Positions 20,923-32,065 are shown, counted from the stretch's first letter. The stretch is DNA of 45,891 bases from Verrucomicrobiota bacterium (GCA_039798785.1 JBDKFG010000035.1:1-45891), one strand, 5' to 3'. Made by a program: numbers and translations. Notes: generated by a model not told the origin, from the sequence alone.

Positions 20923-21044
20923 AATCACCCAGACCTCCGGTCTGGGCTGTCAAAAGCGCGCCTTCAGCGCGAGGGCCCTTGGCCCAAAGGCATTCCGGTA
21001 TGAAAGACCGCTTTTGATAGCCCAGCGCATCGTGCTGGGTGATT
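20923..21044. repeat. REP/REPIN-like inverted-repeat element
   Basis: 36-bp arms 20923-20958 and 21009-21044: AATCACCCAG-N9-CTGGGCTRTCAAAAGCG in inverted orientation, each with an internal CCCAG/CTGGG hairpin and an inner second hairpin. Confidence 0.8.
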
Positions 21045-21052
21045 TCGGGCGA

Positions 21053-22279
21053 TCAGTTCTTGACCAGGGGCGACCAGGCGGGGAGGTTGCAGCCGCCGAG
21101 GCTGAGCGGGATCTGGGTGATTTTTTCGTAGTGGGTGTCGATGATGTAGAGCTTGCCGCCGCTGGCCGCGACGACGTGGCGGCCATCGGGGGCCCAGGAA
21201 GGGGCTTCAAAGGAGGTTTCGACCTTGCTGAGCATCTTCTCGACATTGGTCTTTGGGTCGAAGACGCAGAGGCGGTAGCCGCCGGCCTTCTTGGCGTAGA
21301 CGATCAGGCCGGAGTCGCGCGACCAGTCCGGGCCGACGCGTTCGACGCCGTCGTTGGCGATGGTGCTGATTTTGTTGCTGGAGAGGTTGAGGATGCGGAG
21401 CTGCGGGCGGCCGACCTTGCTGCCGCTGGCGGTGACAGTCGAGGAGACGTAGCAGATCGACTTACCGTCGGGGGACCAGGTGGGGGAAGAGTCGATGTTG
21501 GAGTCGTTGGTGAGAGGTTTGAACTGGCGGGTGCTGACGCTCATTGCGTAGAGATCGACCTGTGAGGCCTTGGAGAGGACCATGGCGATATTGGCCCCGT
21601 CGGGGGAGACGGCGGGCGAGGAGTTGAGGCCGGGAAAGGAGGCGAGGAGACGGGGCGAGCCGGCGAGGTCGCGGAGGAGGACGTTGGTGGTGTTGCGTCC
21701 GTAAGCCGTGAAGACGAAGTGTTTGCCGTCGGGGGCCCAGTTCGGCTCGGTGGCGATGGTGCCGTAGGCGGTGAGCTTCTGCAGTTCGCCGCCGCTGAGG
21801 TCGCAGGAATAGATCTCCTTGACTCCGCCCTTGTTGGCGACGAAGGCGATGCGGCTGCGGCAGAGGGCTGGTTTGTAGTGGCTCGGGATCAGGCGGTTTT
21901 CCTTGAAGACGCGGGTGATGATCTCGTCGACCAGGCCGTGATGGCGCCAGCCTCCCTGGAGGCCGCCGACGTCGAGGCGGAAGGCGCTTTTGACGCCGCC
22001 GTCGATGTAGACTTCGAAGGGGCCGGAGCCCTTGATCTTGACGGTGTAGGCGGCAGAGGTGCCGGTCTCGACCAGCTTGAACCAGTCGGAATATTTCAGG
22101 TCGCTGCGGATGCCGGCGGCGATGTCGGCGGGGACGGCGGCGTCGAACTGCAGGAAGAGCGAGGGGTTTTCTTTTTTCAGTCCGACGACGATGCCGCTGT
22201 CCTTGCCGCCCTGGGCGAAGGCGGGGAGAGCGAAGACGGCGCCGAGGGCGAAAGCGGCACGGAGTAAGAATCGAGTCAT
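21053..22279 (-). CDS. tolB: TolB-like beta-propeller (PD40 repeat) periplasmic protein
   Basis: Signal peptide, SRIAFV, repeated P.WAPDG/SPDG motifs. Confidence 0.75.
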   Translation of the reverse strand: MTRFLLRAAFALGAVFALPAFAQGGKDSGIVVGLKKENPSLFLQFDAAVPADIAAGIRSDLKYSDWFKLVETGTSAAYTVKIKGSGPFEVYIDGGVKSAFRLDVGGLQGGWRHHGLVDEIITRVFKENRLIPSHYKPALCRSRIAFVANKGGVKEIYSCDLSGGELQKLTAYGTIATEPNWAPDGKHFVFTAYGRNTTNVLLRDLAGSPRLLASFPGLNSSPAVSPDGANIAMVLSKASQVDLYAMSVSTRQFKPLTNDSNIDSSPTWSPDGKSICYVSSTVTASGSKVGRPQLRILNLSSNKISTIANDGVERVGPDWSRDSGLIVYAKKAGGYRLCVFDPKTNVEKMLSKVETSFEAPSWAPDGRHVVAASGGKLYIIDTHYEKITQIPLSLGGCNLPAWSPLVKN

Positions 22280-22389
22280 GTGGTGGTCCTTTGGGGTTTG
22301 CAATCCGGGTTAATAAGGCAAGCTATGACGAGTTGCCAAGGGGCGACCTGATCGCGAATCAAAAATCTTTCTGCGGAGAAATCGGAAAC

Positions 22390-23043
22390 ATGGCCATCGC
22401 CTGCCACTTCTGGGACATGGATCACACCTTGATCGACAACGACTGCGACGTTTCCTGGAAGGAGTTCCTGATCGCTGGGGGCCTGGCTCCGGCATCGGCC
22501 CGAGACCTGGCCGAATCCTTTTTCCAGGACTATCTGGCCGGGAAGCTGGTGGTGGCGGACTATCTGCGCTTCCAGCTTGAGGAGTTCCGCGGCCGCAGCG
22601 AGGCGGATCTGCGTCAGCTCTGCCGCCGGCATTTCGAGTCGATGGTGAGAGGCAAAATTTACGAGACCGGCCGGCGGATGCTGGAGCGTCAGCGAGCCTG
22701 CGGCGAGGAGACGGTGCTGATCACCTCGACCAACCGCTTCATCGCCGAGCCGGTGGCGGCCGAGCTGGGCTTCAAGACCCTGATGGCGACCGAGCTGGAA
22801 GTGCAGGACGGACGCTTCACCGGCGCTCTCGGCGGCGTCTACTGCCTCGGGCTTGGAAAGATCGGCTTCATGGAGGCGCATCTCGCCCGTCGCGGCCTCA
22901 GCCTGGCTGAGTGCGCCTATTATGGCGACTCCTCCAACGACATCGCCATCCTCGAACGCGTCGGCCACCCCTTCGCCGTCAACCCCGGCGCCAAGCTCCG
23001 CGCCACCGCCCTGGAACGCCAGTGGACCATCCTCGACTTTTGA
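22390..23043 (+). CDS. HAD-superfamily subfamily IB hydrolase
   Basis: WDMDHTL (DxDxT), LITST, YGDSSND, AVNP. Confidence 0.9.
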   Translation: MAIACHFWDMDHTLIDNDCDVSWKEFLIAGGLAPASARDLAESFFQDYLAGKLVVADYLRFQLEEFRGRSEADLRQLCRRHFESMVRGKIYETGRRMLERQRACGEETVLITSTNRFIAEPVAAELGFKTLMATELEVQDGRFTGALGGVYCLGLGKIGFMEAHLARRGLSLAECAYYGDSSNDIAILERVGHPFAVNPGAKLRATALERQWTILDF

Positions 23044-23179
23044 GATCGCTTTCAAGGTTAGAGTTTTTGGTCGCTAAGGATATCGATCGGCCCGAAATCG
23101 CGGCGTGGAGCGGCCTCCGCCGGGGTCAAGTCCGGCTTGTCGTTGTAAGTTTGCCGTCAACGAAGCAGGAGAAACTCCA

Positions 23180-24469
23180 TTGACTGAATTCACCGAAGAC
23201 CGACTCGTCGCCGCCAGCAAAGCCTATCTGGTGGAGATCCAGCGTCATGGGCAGAGCCCCGAAGAATCTAAGAGCCTGCTGGAAGAGCTGGCCGAGCTCT
23301 GTTCCACCCTCGAGTTGGAAGTGGTCGGCAGCCAGATCGTCCGCCTGGCCCAGCCGCAGCCCGCCTATCTGATCGGCAGCGGCAAGCTGGAGGAGCTCAA
23401 GCAGATCGCCAGGACCCTCGGGGCCGGCGTTCTCATCTTCGACGACGAGCTAAGCCCGGCGCAGCAGCGCAACATCGAGCGCGAGACCGGGCTCGCCACC
23501 ATCGACCGACGCGAAGTCATCCTCGATATCTTCGCCGCACGCGCCACCAGCGCCGAAGCCCGCCTCCAGGTCGCCCTTGCCAAGGCCGAGCACTCCCTCC
23601 CGCGCCTCACCCGCCTGTGGAGCCACCTCTCCCGCCAGAAAGGCGGCGGCGTCAACCAGAAAGGCGAAGGCGAATCGCAGCTCGAACTCGACCGCCGGAT
23701 GATCAAGGCCCGCATCCTCAAGCTCAAGGAGGAGCTCGCGGTCGTCCGCGGCCAGCGCGACACCCAGCGCAAGGCCCGCCGCAAACGCCCGGTCCCCAAC
23801 GCCGCCATCGTCGGCTACACCAACGCCGGCAAGTCCACCCTGCTCAACCGCCTCACCCAGGCCAGCGTCCTCGCCGACGACAAGCTCTTCGCCACCCTCG
23901 ACCCGACCACGCGCCGCGTCAGTCTTCCCAACAACCAGGAGTTGCTCCTCACCGACACCGTCGGCTTCATCCGCCGCCTCCCCCATGACCTCGTCGAAGC
24001 CTTCAAGTCGACCCTCGAAGAAGCCGCCCTCGCCGACTTCCTCGTCCACGTCGTCGACGCCTCCGATCCCCAGGCCGACGAACACATGAAGACCACACTG
24101 AACGTCCTCTCCGAGCTCGGCGCTGAGCACAAGCGTACTCTCACCGTCTTCAACAAAGTCGACCTCCTCGCGGGCGACGAACTCCCCCTGATGCGACTCC
24201 GCCAGCTCGCACCCGAGGCCATCGCCGTCAGCGTCCACAGCGGCTTCAACATGGATCTCCTGGCCCAGGAGCTAGCCGACCTGCTCGCCGATGAACTGAA
24301 GATCTTCGAACTCATCGTCCCAGTCGACCGCTTCGACCTGGTCGCTTATCTCCACCGCTCTTGCAAGGTGGAGAAGGAAAGCTACGAAGAGGAAGGCGTC
24401 CGCATCCGCGCCGGCATTCCTCCCCATCTTCTCGGCAAAGTCCAACCCTTCGTCGTCAGCGAGAGCTGA
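23180..24469 (+). CDS. hflX: Ribosome-splitting GTPase HflX
   Basis: IGSGKLEE, GEGESQLELDRR, GYTNAGKSTL, LFATLDPT, DTVGFI, NKVD; TTG start after AGGAG. Confidence 0.96.
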   Translation: MTEFTEDRLVAASKAYLVEIQRHGQSPEESKSLLEELAELCSTLELEVVGSQIVRLAQPQPAYLIGSGKLEELKQIARTLGAGVLIFDDELSPAQQRNIERETGLATIDRREVILDIFAARATSAEARLQVALAKAEHSLPRLTRLWSHLSRQKGGGVNQKGEGESQLELDRRMIKARILKLKEELAVVRGQRDTQRKARRKRPVPNAAIVGYTNAGKSTLLNRLTQASVLADDKLFATLDPTTRRVSLPNNQELLLTDTVGFIRRLPHDLVEAFKSTLEEAALADFLVHVVDASDPQADEHMKTTLNVLSELGAEHKRTLTVFNKVDLLAGDELPLMRLRQLAPEAIAVSVHSGFNMDLLAQELADLLADELKIFELIVPVDRFDLVAYLHRSCKVEKESYEEEGVRIRAGIPPHLLGKVQPFVVSES

Positions 24470-24498
24470 AGCACCCAACCTCCCCGGAGACCCGCATC

Positions 24499-26205
24499 AT
24501 GAACGAGCAGGCAGAGAACCCAGGCGAACGCACGGTTTCCGTGCCGCGGGCCCAATTGCCCAACGCCATCCAGGCCGCCGCCCATGCCGATCTCGCCGAC
24601 GCCCAGGGGCGCTATCGCATCAAGTCGATCGCCGGAAGGGGCGGCATGGGCCAGGTGATGATCGTCGAAGACACCGTTCTGGAACGCATCCTGGCGATGA
24701 AGATCCTTGGCGACCGATTCAAGGAGGATCCCGCCATTCTGAGGACCTTCTTCGACGAAGCGCGGATCACCGCCCAGCTCCAGCATCCCAACATCATCCC
24801 GGTCCACGACCTCGGAGAGATCGCCAGCAGCGGTCAGCCTTTCTACACCATGAAGCTGATCGACGGCGTCTCCCTCGGTGACATCATCGCCAAGCTCAAG
24901 GTCAAGGATCCCGAGGTGATGGCGAAGTACCCGCAAGGAGCACTTCTGACGATTTTCCGCAAGGTCTGCGACGCCATCGCCTACGCTCACTCACGCGGCA
25001 TCATCCATCGCGACATCAAGCCCGCCAACATCATGATCGGGCCCTTCGGGGAGGTCCTGGTTCTCGACTGGGGTCTGGCCAAGAAGGCCGATGCCGCCGC
25101 CGCGCCGATGGGGCGGGTGCATGACTTCCATGCCGGCGACGGCGATGCACAGATGACCATGGAAGGCACGATCAAGGGCTCTCTCGCCTACATCTCGCCC
25201 GAACAGGCCATGGGGGATATCTCCAAAATCGACCGCCAGACTGACGTCTTCCTCCTCGGCGCCACCCTCTACCACCTCCTCGCCCTGCAGCCGCCCTACC
25301 CGCAGAAGACTCTCGATGAAATCCTCGGCAAGGCGGAGAAGGGGGATTTCATGCACCCCCAGGATACGCCCAGCGGACACAACATACCCAACGCCCTCGC
25401 CAGCATCGTCCTCCGCGCCATGGCGCCGATCAAGGCCGATCGCTTCAAGTCGGTGGCGGAATTCATCGCCTGCCTCGACTCCTACCTCTCCGGTCGCAAC
25501 CTCAGTACCCTGCGCAAGCTCCGCCGCGGGGAAGTCCTCATCCGTGACGGCGAATACGGCGACGAGACTTACATCGTCGTCTCCGGCCGGATCGAGGTCA
25601 GCCGCGAGGTCGACGGACGTCCCACCACCCTAGACTTTTGCGGACGCGGCGCCGTCCTCGGGGAATTGGCGACCTTGACCCACGACCAGCGCAACGCCAC
25701 CGCCGTCGCAGTCGAGCCCAGCGAAGTCATGGCGATCAACCGCCAGATCATGTTCGACGAACTGCGCAAGCTGCCGCCCTGGCTCGAGCGCATCGTCCTC
25801 TCCATGGCCCGTAAGGTCTCGGGGATGAACGAGCGCATCCATCCTCTGCTGGTCGGCAGCGCCGCCGCCGCCGTCATCAAGCAGTTCGACCTGCTCCTCA
25901 AGGTCGCCCGCGAACCGGTGCACCGCGACCGCCTCTACTCCGAGGCCGCCGAGAACATCGCCATCCCTCTCGATAAATCGATCGAAATCGGCATCATCCT
26001 GGAAGAGGAGAGCATCCTCCATGCCGACGGTTCCCGCCGCATCAGCACGGTCTGGCCCGACGCCTTGCAACAGCTCCTCTCCTACTCCCGCCGCCAGCAG
26101 CGCATCGCCAAAGGCCTTGCCCCCTCTTCAGGCAAGGAGGAGTTCTTCGAAATCGCCAAGGTCCCCGCCCTCGAAGGCGCTTGGAAACGACTGGAAAAAC
26201 TGTGA
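24499..26205 (+). CDS. Hanks-type Ser/Thr kinase fused to a cNMP-binding (Crp-like) domain
   Basis: GRGGMGQV, LAMK, HRDIKPAN, DWGLA, YISPE; then LIRDGEYGDETYIVVSG..LGELA..RNATAVA. Confidence 0.92.
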   Translation: MNEQAENPGERTVSVPRAQLPNAIQAAAHADLADAQGRYRIKSIAGRGGMGQVMIVEDTVLERILAMKILGDRFKEDPAILRTFFDEARITAQLQHPNIIPVHDLGEIASSGQPFYTMKLIDGVSLGDIIAKLKVKDPEVMAKYPQGALLTIFRKVCDAIAYAHSRGIIHRDIKPANIMIGPFGEVLVLDWGLAKKADAAAAPMGRVHDFHAGDGDAQMTMEGTIKGSLAYISPEQAMGDISKIDRQTDVFLLGATLYHLLALQPPYPQKTLDEILGKAEKGDFMHPQDTPSGHNIPNALASIVLRAMAPIKADRFKSVAEFIACLDSYLSGRNLSTLRKLRRGEVLIRDGEYGDETYIVVSGRIEVSREVDGRPTTLDFCGRGAVLGELATLTHDQRNATAVAVEPSEVMAINRQIMFDELRKLPPWLERIVLSMARKVSGMNERIHPLLVGSAAAAVIKQFDLLLKVAREPVHRDRLYSEAAENIAIPLDKSIEIGIILEEESILHADGSRRISTVWPDALQQLLSYSRRQQRIAKGLAPSSGKEEFFEIAKVPALEGAWKRLEKL

Positions 26206-26415
26206 AATTGTGGGTCGACCGTCCGAGTCGAGAGCTCTTCAAGCCTCAAGCTTCCTGCCTGAATTGAAGCGTTCGTCACGGATGACCTCGCCAAGAAGGG
26301 AGCCGAAGGGAGCCTGTAGTGGACTGGAAATCTCGGTGTCGGAGTTTAGCGTGCCCTCGCAAGGACATGAAGCCCGTGTCCGCGCCTATGAAACGACTCA
26401 TCACGAGGCCACACC

Positions 26416-26922
26416 ATGGATAAAGCCGGTTTCTGGAAAATCATCGACAAGTCCCGTAAAGCCGCGGACGGCGACCCGAACGAGCAACTTGAAGCGCTTC
26501 GAGAGATCCTCTCTGAGATTGAACCCGACGAGATTGTCTCTTTTGATCGGCATTTATCTGAGTGCCATGCTCGGGCGAATACTTGGGATTTATGGGGCGC
26601 GGCCTACATCATTGGAGGTGGTTGCTCAGATGATGGATTCATGGACTTTAGAGGGTGGTTAATTTCCAGGGGGGAAAAGGCCTATGAAGCAGCTCTTGCA
26701 GATCCGGAGTCTTTGGTAAAGGTCGTCAAGGATCATGACGATGATTGCCAAATTGAGGGCTATCAATATGTGGCCTCACAGGCTTGGGAAGAAAAGACCG
26801 GTAAGGCTTCAGAATCTTTTCCGTCTCATGATCTCCCCAAGAAATCGGACACATCAGGGACTCAATGGCAAGAAGAAGAGCTGGAGACCAAATTCCCAAA
26901 ACTGGCCAAGAAATTCGATTGA
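26416..26922 (+). CDS. DUF4240 family protein (lower GC)
   Basis: MDKAGFWKII, LWGAAYIIGGGCSDDGFMDFRGWLISRG, ends FPKLAKKF. Confidence 0.88.
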   Translation: MDKAGFWKIIDKSRKAADGDPNEQLEALREILSEIEPDEIVSFDRHLSECHARANTWDLWGAAYIIGGGCSDDGFMDFRGWLISRGEKAYEAALADPESLVKVVKDHDDDCQIEGYQYVASQAWEEKTGKASESFPSHDLPKKSDTSGTQWQEEELETKFPKLAKKFD

Positions 26923-27002
26923 AAAAGCCCTCGCCAACACCGATCCCCGCTCTCGAAGGGGCTTGGAAAAGCATGGAAAAACTGTGAATCCTTGAGAATG
27001 CC

Positions 27003-27037
27003 TAATTCTTAACTCTTAACTCTTAATTCTTAATTCC
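27003..27037 (+). repeat. Five-unit heptamer tandem repeat TAAYTCT immediately upstream of the Dus start codon
   Basis: TAATTCT TAACTCT TAACTCT TAATTCT TAATTCC, then CCCCC ATG. Confidence 0.85.
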
Positions 27038-27042
27038 CCCCC

Positions 27043-28074
<1,032 letters not shown>

Positions 28075-28092
28075 CCCATTCTGAATTCCATC

Positions 28093-28431
28093 ATGAATCC
28101 CTTCATCAGCGACGACGAACTTCCGGATAAACTCAAGATTGCGCAGAAGGCACTGGAGAAAGACTACGGCGCCCTGGGGGATGCCCAGAAGGCCGAGCTT
28201 GAGCGACTTTTGAAAAACAAGGCCCGCTTCGACAGGCTCGCCGTCATCGAGCAGTGGCGGGTGATCAATCAAAATCTCGCTCAGCACGAATATCGCCCGC
28301 CGGCCAAGGTTCTGACCATGGAACAGCTTCTGCAGAAGGACTCTTTCGTGCCTAAATTCCTGGAGGATCACGACAAGGTGGACATGGCGCAGCTGCTCGG
28401 TTTCGAGGAGAAGCACAAAAAACGCCGATGA
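28093..28431 (+). CDS. Hypothetical protein
   Basis: 112-aa ORF with host-like codon usage directly after Dus. Confidence 0.65.
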   Translation: MNPFISDDELPDKLKIAQKALEKDYGALGDAQKAELERLLKNKARFDRLAVIEQWRVINQNLAQHEYRPPAKVLTMEQLLQKDSFVPKFLEDHDKVDMAQLLGFEEKHKKRR

Positions 28432-28454
28432 CTTCAAAAAGTCCGCCTTCGCGG

Positions 28455-28483
28455 TTGGACAAGTGCCGCAGCTCCATTATGAT
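28455..28483 (+). promoter_or_regulatory. Possible sigma70 promoter for the 69-aa membrane protein
   Basis: (T)TGGACA-16 nt-TATGAT upstream of a GGGAG RBS. Confidence 0.4.
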
Positions 28484-28513
28484 CTGACAACCTCACACAG
28501 GGAGTGAAAGACA

Positions 28514-28723
28514 ATGCAAATCCTTCTTTTCATCTTGGGCATCGCCTTCTACAGCGCCGGAGTTTACTTCGCTCTCTTTCTCAATACCGACCTCTATTTC
28601 CGCCCGCCTGCTGATCAGCAAAGCGTGCAGTACCAGATCTACGGCGCTTATTTCGGCATTCTCCTCGGTATGATCATGGCTTTCTGGGGCTACCTGAAAG
28701 GCACCGCAGTCAAAACCAATTGA
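28514..28723 (+). CDS. Small two-TM membrane protein
   Basis: 69 aa, two hydrophobic helices, RBS GGGAG. Confidence 0.7.
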   Translation: MQILLFILGIAFYSAGVYFALFLNTDLYFRPPADQQSVQYQIYGAYFGILLGMIMAFWGYLKGTAVKTN

Positions 28724-28793
28724 CTTCTCCCTACTCCGATCCTGCGTGAAGACCCACCGTCTTCACGCTTTTTCATGCCCGTATCCAGCCGGC

Positions 28794-30812
28794 TCACTCC
28801 CGGACGATCGGGCACTTCGGCAGGGAGTCGAGGAAGGTCTTGCCGAAGGAAGAGCCGGTGAGGCGGGAGTCGAGGACGACGACCATGCCGTGGTCGCTGG
28901 CGCTGCGGACGAGCCGGCCGACGCCTTGGCGGAACTTGACCACGGCCTCGGGCAAGGAGAGCTCGCGGAAGGGGTCGCCGCCGCGGGCTTCGCAGGCTTC
29001 GTGGCGGGCCTTCGACAAGGGATGATCGGGCACCGAGAAGGGCAGGCGGGTGATGATGACGTTGGAAAGCGAGGCTCCCGGGACGTCGACGCCGGTCCAG
29101 AAGGAATCGGTGCCGAGGAGGACTGAGTCGATGTCGTCGCGGAAGGCTTCGAGGAGGCTGCGGTTGGAGAGGCCGTCGCCTTGCACCAGCATGCGGATGC
29201 CCTTCTCCCGCAGGAAGGGACCGAGGTTTTCGGCGGCGGCGCGCAGCATGGTGTAGGAGGTGAAGAGGACGAAGGCCTTGCCGTGGCTGAGGGTCAGGTA
29301 ATGGCGGATCTTGGGCAGGGCGTGGTCGAGGAATTCCGGCGCCTTGGGCGAGGGCAGGCCTTTGGGTACGTGCAGGCTCATCTGGCGGGCGAAGTCGAAG
29401 GGAGAGTCGAGGAGAAGTTCGTCGGCCTCGTCGATGCCGCAGCGCTGGCGGAACCAGTCGAGTTTGTGGCGCACCGCCAGGGTGGCGCTGGTGAGGACGC
29501 AGGCGATCCCGGCGTTGAAGAGCAGGTGGCGCAGGGGCACGGCGGCATCCAGCGGCGAGGCTTGTAGGGTGACGCGTTCCTGCGAGTCCTTTTCGAACCA
29601 GTAGACGAAGCCTTCTTCAGTCTGGCCGAGGAAGGTCTGGAAATTGCCGGAGAGGCGGCGCAGGCGCTTGGCGGCTGAGCTCAGTTCGGAACGGCGGTCG
29701 ACCGGCAGATCCTCTTTTTCGAGCTCGCGCTCGAGCGTCGCGGCGAGGGCGTTGAGATCGGGACTGAGTTGATCCGGAATCGCTTCGGGATTGGTGTGGC
29801 GGAGGATGTTGGTGTCGCGTCCCCGCAGCCATTCAGCGAGGTCGTCGAAGAAGCTGCGGCAACGCATCAAGAGGTCGGCGCAGCGCTGCTGCTCCTTGGG
29901 GAAATCCTGGCCGGCGAGGAGGCCGCGACCGGTGCGGGGATGGAAGACGCGCTGCACGGCCTGGACCAGGCCGCCGGCGCTGAGACGCAGGCCGAGGTGG
30001 TTGGAGGCGACTTCCTCAAGGGTATGGGCCTCGTCGAGGATGACCGCGTTGTATTCGGGCAGGATGCCGGATTTGAGGTCGCCGGTTTCCGCCTTGATCG
30101 CCAGGTCGGCGAGGAAGAGGGCGTGATTGGCGACGATGACGTGGGCGCCTTGGAGGCGGCGGCGGCCGTTTTGGAAGTGGCAGGGTTTGTAGAAGGGGCA
30201 GTGCTGGTTGAGGCAGTTGCCTTCTTCGGCGTTGACCGCCATCCAGCTTTCCGGACGGATCCGGAAGTCGAGTTCCTGGCGGTCGCCCTGCCGGGCATTT
30301 TCGGCCCAGAGGGCGATGCGGTCGATCTCCGGCATCAGCTCGGCATCGGGCAGGTAGTCGAGGTTGCGCGAGGCGGCGCCTTTGAGGCGGCGCATACACA
30401 GGTAGTTGCCGCGCCCCTTGGCGAGTTCGGCTCGGAAGTTGAGGCCGAGGGCGGCCTTGAGGGCAGGCAGATCGCGCTCGATCAACTGCTGTTGCAGGGC
30501 GATGGTGTGGGTGCTGACCAAAACCGTGCCGCCGGTGCGCATCGCGTGGAGGATGGCGGGGATCAGGTAGGCGAAGCTCTTGCCGACCCCGGTGGGGGCT
30601 TCGGCGACGAGATGGCGACGGGTCAGAAAGGCCTGGCCGACGGCCCGCGACAGCTCGAGTTGCTGCGGCCGCAACTCGTAGGTCCGGCCGGCGGCAGTCG
30701 CGGCGGCGGCGAGGACGCCGTTGGGCGCGAAGATGCCATCGAGGCTGGGCAGCACCGGCGGTTGGAGCTCGTTGACGATTTCGGCATCGTCATCGCCGTA
30801 GAGGCTGATCAT
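28794..30812 (-). CDS. dinG: DinG/YoaA family Fe-S ATP-dependent DNA helicase
   Basis: Q motif LRPQQ, EAPTGVGKS, KGRGNYLC, C..C.C cluster Cys, DEAH, TSATL, QGVGRLVRS. Confidence 0.9.
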   Translation of the reverse strand: MISLYGDDDAEIVNELQPPVLPSLDGIFAPNGVLAAAATAAGRTYELRPQQLELSRAVGQAFLTRRHLVAEAPTGVGKSFAYLIPAILHAMRTGGTVLVSTHTIALQQQLIERDLPALKAALGLNFRAELAKGRGNYLCMRRLKGAASRNLDYLPDAELMPEIDRIALWAENARQGDRQELDFRIRPESWMAVNAEEGNCLNQHCPFYKPCHFQNGRRRLQGAHVIVANHALFLADLAIKAETGDLKSGILPEYNAVILDEAHTLEEVASNHLGLRLSAGGLVQAVQRVFHPRTGRGLLAGQDFPKEQQRCADLLMRCRSFFDDLAEWLRGRDTNILRHTNPEAIPDQLSPDLNALAATLERELEKEDLPVDRRSELSSAAKRLRRLSGNFQTFLGQTEEGFVYWFEKDSQERVTLQASPLDAAVPLRHLLFNAGIACVLTSATLAVRHKLDWFRQRCGIDEADELLLDSPFDFARQMSLHVPKGLPSPKAPEFLDHALPKIRHYLTLSHGKAFVLFTSYTMLRAAAENLGPFLREKGIRMLVQGDGLSNRSLLEAFRDDIDSVLLGTDSFWTGVDVPGASLSNVIITRLPFSVPDHPLSKARHEACEARGGDPFRELSLPEAVVKFRQGVGRLVRSASDHGMVVVLDSRLTGSSFGKTFLDSLPKCPIVRE

Positions 30813-31088
30813 GGGGATGCATCGTCCCCTGGGAGCGCGCCAGCCCTCTGGCGCCCTTCTTTTCGCCAAAGGCGAAAGGGTGTTAAGAGCTCGAGAGGCA
30901 GAGCATGAAAACAGCGCCAGGGGGCTGGCGCGCTCCCAGGGAGTGTTTCCAGCTTTTTCACGGCAGCCTCAGCGTTCATTCTCTCGCCCTCTTGCAGCTC
31001 GGCGGAATAGAAAAAATTACCGCCCAGAGTCATCGCCGATGTGGCTCGACCCTGGTCTAGCATTTTTGGCCCGCAAGGGGTCAAAGCT

Positions 31089-31484
31089 TCAACGAGGTGG
31101 TGCATTCATACCCCAATCTTTGATTAATTTCTCAAAAAAAACCGAGACTCTTTCTTCTTGAATTGGACTAGGAGTAGTTCCCTCTGAGAAAAACCAGCAT
31201 TCCGGATCGTCGCCATTCTCGGCATCAAGCCATGCGGCGATGTAACCCTGATGGATCAGAAAGCATAAGAGCTTTTTCGGGAGTTGGTGCTCTACCTGGT
31301 TTTCTTGTAAAAGATTGGGCAAATACTGATTATTGCTGATCAAGTCAGCTAAAGCACAGTCAGTGCCGACGATCGGTTTTTGAGGTCCGTAGCGAATGAT
31401 AAGTTCACGATAGGCACGGGGAAGCTCAAAGCCCAGAACATTTTCGACCTTCTTGATATCGGCCAAGGTAGATTGATCACTCAT
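31089..31484 (-). CDS. SMI1/KNR4 (SUKH) family immunity-type protein (lower GC)
   Basis: STLADIKKVENVLGFELPRAYRELI, HQGY; start overlaps the upstream stop (ATGA). Confidence 0.85.
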   Translation of the reverse strand: MSDQSTLADIKKVENVLGFELPRAYRELIIRYGPQKPIVGTDCALADLISNNQYLPNLLQENQVEHQLPKKLLCFLIHQGYIAAWLDAENGDDPECWFFSEGTTPSPIQEERVSVFFEKLIKDWGMNAPPR

Positions 31485-32065
31485 TTCACCCTCAGCATGA
31501 CATGATCGGTCCAGAACTGTACGGAATGGGCGTATGCGGCGCGATCGATAGGCGAGCCGGAGCCGCCTTCGGCGACGCCGAGGGCGTTGCGCAGGGCGGT
31601 GATGGGGCGCATCGGTTCGGGTTCGGGGAAAAGGCCGGTGGCGATCGAGACGATGAGGGCGTCGGTCTCGCCGGGATCTTCGCCTTCAAGGCGCATCTGT
31701 TCGGCGGAGTAAACGATGACGTGGATCCAGGGTGCCGGCGGAGCTTCGAGGCCTTCGATCCATTCCACCAGGACCGGCAATTCTTGCGGCGTCCGCGCTT
31801 CGTAGGCGGTGTGCAAGACGGCGCCGCGCCGGAAGGCTTCGTCGCGGCGGAGGGTCAGGCAGCGGAGTTCGGGGAAGCGGAAGCTGCCGTCGGGCAGAAG
31901 ATTGCGGATGGCGAGGATTTGTGCGAAGGGCGCATAACCCGGGATCACCTGGTCCGGCGCGGCGCAGAGCTCGATCAGACGCGTCAAATCCTCTTTCCCG
32001 ATCCGGGTGCCGGGAAAGTCAGGCCGGAGTTGTCGGCTGGCGAAGTGGGAGAGGGCGATTTTCAT
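31481..32065 (-). CDS. DUF3228 family protein
   Basis: FASRQ, GYAPF, YEARTPQELPVL, YSAEQ, PMRPITALRNALG..GGSG.PIDRAAY..SV.FW. Confidence 0.85.
   Translation of the reverse strand: MKIALSHFASRQLRPDFPGTRIGKEDLTRLIELCAAPDQVIPGYAPFAQILAIRNLLPDGSFRFPELRCLTLRRDEAFRRGAVLHTAYEARTPQELPVLVEWIEGLEAPPAPWIHVIVYSAEQMRLEGEDPGETDALIVSIATGLFPEPEPMRPITALRNALGVAEGGSGSPIDRAAYAHSVQFWTDHVMLRVK

Noticed and set aside
26206..26415. Possible toxin-gene remnant or ncRNA before DUF4240
   Set aside because: No frame gives a recognisable fragment and no convincing structure was seen
30809..31105. 98-aa ORF between SMI1 and dinG
   Set aside because: No motif or clear RBS and it overlaps both neighbours; possibly a remnant but unsupported
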